Both the position numbers and the translations under genes were made by a program. DNA of 61,985 nucleotides, the filler included, from Chiloscyllium plagiosum (taxonomy: Eukaryota): the NCBI RefSeq assembly GCF_004010195.1. It is 3 parts of one record of this genome, joined end to end, with 100 filler letters (N's around TTAATTAATTAA, not from the genome) between each part and the next. Parts side by side here need not be neighbours in the genome. Positions count along the whole stretch, not along the records: positions 50,027 to 61,985 come from NC_057713.1; 2 more parts are not named here. One strand, written 5' to 3'. Position 1 is the stretch's first letter; every line of letters starts with the position of its first letter. Shown here piece by piece: positions 52,521-61,985 of the stretch. A model generated the notes under the pieces. The model saw only the letters and a program-made list of their open reading frames with translations. It was not told where the DNA came from and made no database searches.

Positions 52521-53040
52521 AGCCCTTCTTCAGGAATGAGGAAAGTGTGTCCAGCAGGCTAAGATAAAAGGTAGGGAGGATGGACTTGGGGGAGGGACGT
52601 TGGAAATGCGATAGGTGGAAGGAGGTTAAGGTGAGGGTGATAGGCTGGAGTGGGGGTGGGGCGGAGAGGTCACGAACTCAGACTTCTCCAGTTTCCTCAT
52701 TTCCCCTCCCCCCACCTTGTCTCAGTCCCAACCCTCGAACTCAGCACCACCTTCCTAACCTGCAATCTTCTTCCTGACCTCTCCACCCCCACCCCCACTC
52801 CGGCCTATCACCCTCACCTTGACCTCCTTCCACCTATCGCATTTCCAACGCCCCTCCCCCAAGTCCATCCTCCCTACCTTTTATCTTAGCCTGCTGGACA
52901 CACTTTCCTCATTCCTGAAGAAGGGCTCATGCCCGAAACGTTGATTCTCCTGTTCCTTGGATGCTGCCTGACCTGCTGCGCTTTTCCAGCAACACATTTT
53001 CAGCTCTGATCTCTAGCATCTGCAGTCCTCACTTTCTCCT
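52521..53040. mobile_element. Inverted pair of Penelope terminal repeats
   Basis: 52521-52672 is a near-perfect reverse complement of ~52775-52928. Confidence 0.88.
52915..52942 (+). ncRNA. Minimal hammerhead ribozyme core
   Basis: CTGAAGA-A-GGGC-TCAT-GCCC-GAAAC-GTT. Confidence 0.7.
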
Positions 53041-55529
53041 CTCTTCTAAGCTGACAAAGATGTGGAGATTCAGCATCACACTCAGTCTGCGAGCACAGAC
53101 TCCAGATGCCTAAAGATGGCTGTCTTTGGCGATCATGATATCCATACTGATACCAAGATTCTCTGTGACTGAGGCAGTCAGCCTTCTTACTCTGTCGACA
53201 TATGGACACCACCTCAATCCCCTCGAGACTTACAATCAACAGCGTTTGAGATGGATTCTCCACATCGGCTGGGAGATCAGGCCTGTTAAAACCATAGAAA
53301 CATAGAATCCCTACAGTGCAGAAGCAGGCCATTTTGCCCATCGAGTCTACATCGACCCTCCAAAGAGCATCCACCCAGACCCACCCCCTACCCTATACCT
53401 GCAACCCTGAATTTCCCATGGTTAACTCACCTAGTCTGTACATCCCTGGACACTATGGGCAATTAAGCATGACCAATACACCCCAACCTGCACGTCCTTG
53501 AACTGCACCATTGAAGCAGCCAATAGTATTAGCACGAACAAGAGGAGGACACAGGAAGCATTTCAAAGACTCCCTGAAGGCTGCCCTCCAGAAATGTAAC
53601 ATACAAGTCAACTTGTCGTCCTCCTGTTCGAGTGACTTGCTTGAGCTCGGTGTGAACAACGTTTCCACTGGCAGTTGGGACTTAGACATTGTAGACACGT
53701 TGCTAGTCCAGTGGGGTTGGTTTGAGATGATCATTGCCCTGATGCTGGCCTTGTATGAAGAGACACAACTCTGTCAGTAAGATAGAAAAGCAATGGGAGA
53801 AAGAAATGCAAGCGATCTCCAGGACAAGGCCCAGGACCGATTCCAGCTCCTGGAAGCACAGGCCCAGCTTGCAGTTGGAGATGTAGCTGCAGGATCAGAC
53901 TCATTAACCACACAAGGACCCCAGAGTCCAGGACCAGTGACACAGAATTCCCGAGGTGGACAATCATTCTCATTGGCCAGTGATTGCCAACATTGTGACC
54001 GATATTGTGACAAACTCATATAACATGGAAAAATCCAAAAGAGAGAAGTAAGTGACTTTTTCTGCACATAAAGTAACAAAGGAGCAGCAAGATTGGTGCC
54101 TCTGCATTCATAAAAACTTATAGCTTTCCCAGATAAATTGCAACCGTTCAAGAAGGTAGCTCACCACCACCTTCTCAAAGGCAACGAGGGACAAAAAAGT
54201 GCTGAACCAGTCAGCAATGCTCATGAGTGAATTTTTTTAAAAAGTTATTCAGAGAGTAAAGGATATTTTAAATAAGTTTTGAACCACTGATAGATATTGT
54301 TATCATATCAACAACAAAATAATTTTCAGATTGTATCCTTTTTAACCCAAACTTTTAAAATACTTACAACCTTTTGCAGATTGTGAAAGTATTTTTGGGC
54401 CAAGGCAAATAAATAACAAAGGCGAAAGTGGGGACTGCAGATGCTGAAGATTAGAGTCAAGATTTTATATGTCATTCGGGCTTTTGCCCGAAACATCAAT
54501 TTTCCTGCTCCTCGGATGCTACTTGACCTGCTGTGCTTTTCTAGCACCACTCCAATATTAAATAAATAGCAAAGTCAGGAGGGAAAAAGAGTGGTAGTAA
54601 CGTCACTGGACTAGTAATCCAGAAACTCAGGCTAATATTCTGGGGTGTGGGTACGACACCCAATGTGGCAGCTATTAAAACTTGAATTCAGTTAGAAGCT
54701 AGCCAATTGTGGTTAAAAACCCATCTGCTTTGCTAATGTCCTTTTTAGGGAAAGCAATCTGCCAACCATACCAGGTCTGGTCTATACGAGAGGCCAGACC
54801 CACAGCAATGTCATTGACTCTTAACATCTCGCTGGGAAATTAAGTACGAGGAATAAGTGTGGCCTAACCAGTGACACCCACAACTCATTTATAAATTCTA
54901 AACAAGTATTCTAATCCATTCTTTTTACAACACAATGAGAGGGAATATGAAGCTAACAATAAAAACTAAATACTTGGATACTGGAAATCTGAAATAAAAG
55001 CATCCAAGTAAAAGAAATGGTTTAGATGTCAGGCAGTATCTGTAGAGAGGAAGAGTTTAGGGATGGGATCATCCCAGCTCCCAAACAATGTCAGCAGTTG
55101 TGGGTTAGTTGGATAAATGTGGCAAAATTGGAAAATGAGATTCCCAACGTCGGGGAAAAGAAAGTCCAATTTTTCCTCCCAACAAGGTTTGAACAGCCAG
55201 ACAAGAATCTCACTAGTGGGACGTGGGAGGTCAATTTGTGTAAATTTACATCTCATCTGTACTTATCTCCTTTCATATGCAGTTTCCTGTTCTCCCATGT
55301 AGCAGAGAGAAACTATATAGCAACATAGTATAGCTCTTCTTTATAAAACAACAGACAGATATTCTCATGGAAGTCTGGCATTTCCAGCTCAAAGCTTATT
55401 CCTTTTGGCCTCCATCTCGGCCTGTGGTCCCCAACATTTCAGGGTCTGCTCTGTCGGCAACAACCATTCACATTCATTGATGTTGGCATCAGACAAATAC
55501 CAGCCTCACCACATCATTGTGGCACATTT

Positions 55530-56830
55530 CATTGCCAATTGGATACAAAATTGGCATAATGGTAGGAGATACTAGGTGGTTGTGGAAGGTTGCTTTTTGG
55601 GCTGGAGACCTGTGACCCGTGGTGTTCCACAGGGATCGGGGTTTGTTATTCATTTCAATGTTTTGGATGAGAATTTAGGAAGATTGCTTATTAAGTTTGT
55701 GGATGACGTCAAAGTTGGTGACCAAAAATTGGTCATTCCTGATGAAGGGCTTTTGCCCGAAATGTCAACTTTCCTGCTCCTCGGATGCTGCCTGACCGGC
55801 TGTGCTTTTCTCTCTCAACACCAAAATTGGTGGTATAGTGGACAGTGGAGAAGGTTATCTAAGATTACAAAGGGATCTTGATCAATTGGGCCAATGGGCT
55901 GAGGAGAGGCAGATGGAGTTTAATTTGGATAAATGCGAGATATTGCATTTTGGCAAAACAAACAAGGACAGGACTTATACAGTTAATGGTAGGGCCCTGA
56001 ATAGTGGTGTCAAATGGAAAGACCGAGTGGTTCAGGTACATAGTTCTTTGAAAGCTATGTCATAGGTCAACAGGGTGGTTAAGGAGGCATTTAGCACGCT
56101 TACCTTTATTGCTCAAACCATTGAGTGTAGAGTTGGGACATCAGGTGGAGATTGTACAGGACGTTAATGAAGCCACTTTTGGAGTACTGTGTACATTATG
56201 GTCACCCTGCTATAGGAAGGATATTATTAAATTGAAGAGGGTTCAGAAAAGATTTACCAGAACTAGAGTGGTTGAGATATAAGGAGAGGCTGACAGGTTG
56301 GGAATTTTATCACTGGAGCATAGGAGGTTGTGGGGTGACCTTTTAAAGGTTTATAAAATCATGAGGGGCATAGATAAAGTGAATAGCAAAGGTCTTTTCC
56401 CTAGGATGGGGGAGTTCAAAATTAGGGCCCACATTTTTAAGGTGAGAGGATAAAAATTTAAAAGGCATCTGAGGGGCAACTTGTTCACAGAAAGGATGGT
56501 CCGTACGTCTCAGACTCACAGAAATATACAGCACAGAAACAGACTCTTCGGTCCAACTTGTCTGTGCTGACTAGATATCTTAAATTAATCTAGTCCTATT
56601 TGCCAGCATTGGACCCATATCCCTCTAAATGGAATAAACTGCTCGAGGAAGTGGCAGGTGCAGATATGGTTACAATATTTAAGAAGACATTTGGACAGGT
56701 ACATGAACAGCACAGGTTTAGAGGGATATGGACCAAACACAGGCAGGTGGAACAAGTTTACTTTGGGGAAATTTGGTCAGCATGGATGAGTTGGAGCAAA
56801 GGGTCTGTTGCCGTATTGTATGACTCTATC
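55530..56830 (+). mobile_element. CR1 LINE RT-to-3' fragment with a Penelope repeat insert (55734-55819) and an internal inverted tail piece (~56515-56628)
   Basis: WRPVTRGVPQGS, KFVDD.K, QMEFNLDKCEILHFG. Confidence 0.88.
55739..55766 (+). ncRNA. Minimal hammerhead ribozyme core with a CpG-type change in stem III
   Basis: CTGATGA-A-GGGC-TTTT-GCCC-GAAAT-GTC. Confidence 0.6.
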
Positions 56831-58009
56831 GCCAACTCATTTAAAATACTGTTCTCCACTTCAGTCCAGCACTTTGGGGTGCACTGGTATCTTGTAATGC
56901 AATGCTGCTGCCGTGTCACCAGTGTACAAGGATACCTGAGAACTGAGCTCTCTTGATGCTCCCCCACTGTCCGCTGGCTTAGATGTTCACAGCAACCCTG
57001 ACTAGCATTGCCTTTTGTGCTTGGCCACCTCATTCCAAACTTCTTGGCTCACAGTCCTTCTGTTCCTGCCTTGTGTTTGAGCACAGACAAAATATCAAGC
57101 ATTCTGTCATGGTTGACAGCAATGACCAATCATGGGGCTGTACAGCATTGTGCTACGTCAGTCTCAACTTACAGCAGAGGCCAGCAAAGTATGTGATAAC
57201 CACACCGCAAGGGCTGTAACAAAATACATGACTGCCTGGTCTAAGGGGAGTAGCTCTCAGTCAAGTTTCCAGGGAATGGATAGTAGACACATAGACGATA
57301 GGAGCAGGAGGAGGCCAATCAGCCCTTTAAGCCTATTCTGCCATTCATCATGATTATGACCCAACCCAGTAGTCTAATCCTGCTTTCTCCCAATAACCTT
57401 TGATCCCATTTGCCCCGAGGGTACTAGCCCATTAATTAAGGGAGCATTGTCTGATCTCAGTCCAGCAGCTTTGTGATAGTCATTCAGCCACTTGTGGTGT
57501 CTCGGGTCAGAATGCTTATATCGCTGCAGTCCGGGGAATAGGGCACTCTCTGTCAAGCAGGTTCAGTGCAACCAATCCAGGGATTAGTGTTAAATCAATT
57601 GGGCAGCTCCACCAAGATTGGTTAGGAGGCTGGTCACTAATGAGTCAGGGCTACCACTCTGAGTCTCTCCAGGGAATGGTCCACAGTCAGACCAGAGGAT
57701 CTGCTCACTGAAAATCAAAGAGGATTTATCAGGTACCATTGCTGTGATGGGAAAGTAGGAGAGGTCAGTTGAAGAGATCGGAGACAGCATTCTGGGATCG
57801 TAATTGTTAAAAGGGTGCAATTCAACACACAAGGGTAGGAGCCAGTGTAGGATGGCAGATCATGGTGTACTGTGTGGAGGGGGGAGAACCATCAATGGTG
57901 ATCACCCCCACTGGCTCTGATAGGGTGGTTCTGCATGAATAGTTCAGCATTTTTAAGTTTTGTGATGCGTGTAAATGGTTTATTTTTAGTGTGGGAGCAG
58001 TGAACTTGA

Positions 58010-59685
58010 AAAAGCATCGGAGGCTGAGGGGTGACCTTATGGAGGTGTATAAAATCATGAGGGGCATGGATAGGACAAATAGACAAAGTCTTTTTCCTGG
58101 GGTGGGGGAGTCCAGGACTAGTCCTATTTGCCAGCACTTGGCCCATTATCCCTCTAAACCCTTCCTTTTCATATACTTATCCAGATGCCTTTGAAATGTT
58201 ATATTTGTACCAGCCACCAACACTTCCTCTGGCAGCTCATTCCATACATGTACCACACTCTGAGTGAAAAGGTTACCCCTTAGGTCCCTTTAAAACTTTC
58301 CCCTATCACCCTAAAACTCTGCCTTCTCATTCTGGACTCCTGTACTCTGGGAAAAGACCTTGTGTATTCACCCTATCGATGCCCCTCATGAGTTATAAAC
58401 CACTATAAGGTCACCCTTCAGCTGCTAAAATTCCAGGGTTTAACAGTCCCACCCCATTCAACCTCTCCCTATAGCTCAAATCCTCCAACCCTGGCAACAT
58501 CCTTGTAAATCTTTCTGAACCTTTTCAAGTTTCACAACATCGTTCTGATAGGAAGGAGACCAGAATTGCATGCAATATTTCAAAAGTGGCCTAATCAATG
58601 TCCTGTACAGCTGCAACATGACCTCCCAACTCCTGTACTCAATACTCTGACCAATAAAGGAAGGCATACCAAACACCTTCTTCACTATCCTATCGACCTG
58701 TGACTCCACTTTCAAGGAGGGACAAACCCGCACTCCAAGGTCTCATGTTTAGCCATGCTCCCTAGGACCTTACCATTAAGTATATAAGTCCTGCTAAGGT
58801 TTGCGTTTTCAAAACGCAGCACCTTATATTTATCTAAATTAAACCCCATCTGCCACTTCACAGCCCATTGGCCCATCTGATCAAGATCCCATTGTAATCT
58901 TTGCTGTCCACTACACCTCCAATTTTGGTGTCATCTGCAAACTTACTAACTATACCTTCTATGTTCACATCCAAATCATTTACATAAATGATGAAAAGCA
59001 GTGGACCCAGCACCAATCCTTGTGGCACACCACTGGTCACAGGTCTCTACTCTGAAAAGCAATCTTCCACCACCACCCTCTGTCTTCTACCTTCGAGCCA
59101 GTTCTGTATCCAACCTCGTTCTTCCTGTATTCCATGAGAGCTAACCTTGCTAACCAGTGTCCCATGAGGAACCTTATCGACTGCCTAACTGAAGTCCATA
59201 TAGATCAGGTCTACTGCTTTACTCTCATCAATCCTCTTTGTTATTTCTTCCAAAAACTCAAACAAGTTCATGAAACATGATTTCCCGTGCACAAAGCCAT
59301 GTTGACTATCCCTAATCAGTCCTTGCCTTTCCAAATGCATGTAAATCCTGTCCCTCAGGACTCCCCCCTACAACTTGCCCACCAGTGATGTCAGGTTCAC
59401 TGGTCTTCAGTTCCCTAGCTTTTCCTTACTATCCTTCTTAAATAGTGGCACCACTTTAGCCAACTTCCAGTCTTCCAGCACCTCACCTGTGACTATCGAT
59501 GATACAAATGTCTCAGCAAGAGGCCCCGCAATCACTTCTCTAGCTTCCCCAGAGTTCTAGGGTGCACCTGATCAAGTCCTGGGGACTTATCCACTTTAAG
59601 TGTTTTAAGACATCCAGCACTTCCCCTCTGTAATATGGACATTTTTAAAGATGTCACCATCTATTTCCCCACATTCTATATCTAA
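58010..59685 (-). mobile_element. CR1 LINE RT fragment with a short inverted segment at 58010-58118
   Basis: [23 protein letters not shown]...SKFADDTK and LIRPLLKYCMQFWSP. Confidence 0.9.
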
Positions 59686-59748
59686 TGTGGTATTAAGGAA
59701 TTCCTAAAACCTAATTAAAGGAGATGAATATATTAATGAAGAGTAGTT

Positions 59749-60047
59749 GGGGCAGCAAGGTGGCTCAGTGGTTAGCACTGCTGCCTCACAGCACCAGGGA
59801 CCCAGGTTCGATTCCCGCCTCGGGCAACTGTCTGTGTGGAGTTTGCACATTCTCCCCATTTCTGTGTGGGTTTCCCCTGGGTACTCCAGTTTCCTCCCAT
59901 AATCCAAAGATGTGCAGGTTAGATGAATTGGCCATGCTAAATTGCCCATAGTGTTAGGTGCTTTAGTCAGGGGGAAATGGGTCTGGGTGGGTTGCTCTTC
60001 GGGGGGTCAGTGTGCACTTGTTGGGCCGAAGGGCCTGTTTTCACACT
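59749..60047 (+). mobile_element. HE1-type V-SINE
   Basis: GGTGGCTCAGTGGTTAGCACTGCTGCC...GGTTCGATTCC head and V core. Confidence 0.9.
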
Positions 60048-61384
60048 GACACAGAAAAGTATCACAGACTTATATCTTGTTTAAACAGAATTATCTTTTG
60101 GAGTAAAATGATCTACACTGAGAGGCTAAGCCTGTGACTCAGTCACCCTGTCAAAGTTCTATCTGTGTTGCATTCCAATCTCATCCAAACTGTAAGCATG
60201 CAATCGAAACAAAGTGGCTGTCACCGCATCTGCATTATACAGAGTTGGTGTTACTTTTTTCTCTGAGAGAATGGGTTTGCTTTTCAGCCCCATGAGGTCC
60301 CTATAATAGCTTTAAATAGACACTCAGATACACGGGTACATTATTATATAATTCTGAATGTTTGCGTCACGCATTGACCAACTGTATTGTTGAGAAGTCC
60401 TGGCCACAAACAGTCTTGATCACATCATTTGGGAAAGCAGTAACGTGGTGGTAATGTCATTGGATTAGCAATCCAGAAACGCAGGCTGGTGGTTCCTCAG
60501 GGGACGTACATTTGAATCACGTGAAATTCGAATTGAATTCAATTGTCATTAAAAACCTATCTCATTCACTCATGTCCTTTAGGGAAGGAACCTCTGCTGT
60601 CCATGTTGGGTCTGGTCAGATGTGACTCCAGGCCCATAGCAATGAGGTTGACTCTTAACTATCCTCTGGTCACTTCAGGATGGGCAGTAAATGCTGGCCC
60701 AGCCAGTGATACACACATCCTGAGAACACATTTTTAATTACTCAACATTACACAAAGAATATAGATGCTGGAGCAGATGATGTGTTGCAGGAAGGAATTA
60801 CATGGGAACATTAGCAGGCCATTCAGTCCTTCGAGCCTGTTCCACCTTGCAGTGGGATCATGGCTACGTCATATACCTGCCAAGGGTCTGTATCCTTTAA
60901 ACCTTTGTTTAATTCAAAAAAACTATCTTGAATGTAAAGCTAACCACAGATCTAACAGCAGCTATTGTTTGTGCAAGAGAGTTTCAAACATCTTTCCGTG
61001 CAGAGGTGTTCCCTAACATCTCTCCTAAACGACCTGGCCCTAATTCTTAGACTCTGCCCCCAGTTCCAGAATCTCCAACCAGGGGAAATAGTTTATCTTT
61101 ATCTACCCTGTCCTTTCCTTTTAATATCTTACAAGACTTTGATCAGATCACTCCTTAACCTTCTAAATTCTAACCATGATGGCTAGTTGGACTGGGGTGG
61201 CCAAAGTCAGAAGTTTGACCCCAGATTATAGTCCATCAGGTTTATTTGAAATCATAAGCTTTCGGAGTGCTGTTCCTTCGTCAAGTGAAGTGAAGGGAAG
61301 CACACAGGCACAGAATTTATAGGCAGAGAGATCATTGCAAGATAAATCTAGGTAAGTAAGAGTGTCAAGAGATAGTAGAAATGG

Positions 61385-61728
61385 TAGCTATGGGATGTAA
61401 AAGGGGTGGGGGGGGGTTGCATTACTGGTAAAGGACTATGTCACATCTGTACTGAGGAAGGATACAAGAGAAGGATCTTGTAGTGAGGTAATATGGTAGA
61501 ACTCAGGAATAGGAAAAGTCAAATCACAATGCTGGGGGTATACTACAGGCCTCCCAACTGCCAGCAGGAGATAGAGGAGAAAATATTTAGACAGATTTGG
61601 AAAGATATAGAAACAACAGAGTTGCTATGGTGGGTGATTTTAATTTGCCCTATATTGACTGGGACTCATTTAGTGCCAGGGACTTGGATGTGGCAGAATT
61701 TGTAAAGACCATCCAGGAGGGTTTTTTA
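61385..61728 (+). mobile_element. CR1 APE endonuclease fragment
   Basis: WVELRN...GVYYRPPN and VGDFNLPYIDWD. Confidence 0.85.
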
Positions 61729-61985
61729 GAGCTGGAAATGTGTTGCTGGAAAAGCGCAGCAGGTCAGGCAGCATCCAGGGAACAGGAGAATCGACGTTTC
61801 GGGCATAAGCCCTTCTTCAGGAATGGGGAAAGTTTGTCCAGCAGGCTAAGATAAAAGGTAGGGAGGAGGGACTTGGGGGAGGGGCGTCAGAAATGTAATA
61901 GGTGGAAAGAGGTCAAGGTGAGGGTGATAGATCAGACTGGGGTGGGGGCGGAGAGGTTAGGAAGAAGATTGCAGGTTAGGAAGGC
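61729..61985 (-). mobile_element. Penelope terminal repeat inserted in CR1, runs off the window
   Basis: Same family as 52521-53040. Confidence 0.88.
61793..61820 (-). ncRNA. Minimal hammerhead ribozyme core
   Basis: - strand reads CTGAAGA-A-GGGC-TTAT-GCCC-GAAAC-GTC. Confidence 0.75.

Noticed and set aside
53731..54151. ORFs downstream of ARFGEF1 considered as exons of a tail-to-tail neighbour (CSPP1 in mammals)
   Set aside because: No peptide resembling the CSPP1 C-terminus as I recall it, and no convincing splice sites.
59749..59830. tRNA-like A/B boxes
   Set aside because: These are SINE heads that continue into the V-domain, not standalone tRNA genes.

Overview
Vertebrate genomic DNA, inferred to be from a shark because of its HE1/V-SINE, HER1/CR1 and Penelope repeat content. 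The only host gene I can support is the 3' end of ARFGEF1 (BIG1) on the + strand. Six coding exons with canonical AG/GT boundaries and matching phases (36039-48255) splice into one open frame ending ...[17 protein letters not shown] repeat-free ~1.4 kb 3'UTR follows. The rest is mostly transposon-derived: many CR1 LINE fragments, tRNA-derived SINEs, the 5' part of an L1 (5'UTR, ORF1, start of ORF2), RTE and Rex/Babar remnants, LTR-like repeats and Penelope-like elements (RT and GIY-YIG fragments). There are four assembly gaps, two of which contain an artificial TTAATTAATTAA linker. The most interesting signal is about 15 minimal hammerhead-ribozyme motifs (CTGANGA-stem II-GAAA-palindromic stem III) from at least three sequence families in Penelope terminal repeats. 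Several sit in short, often inverted insertions with 10-15 bp target-site duplications. Other notable items are a candidate unannotated ARFGEF1 micro-exon/alternative terminal exon pair (35100-35306), a YY1 site at the L1 5' end, a telomeric-repeat insertion flanked by a direct repeat, and several locally templated duplications. All family assignments come from motif recognition only; no database search was run.
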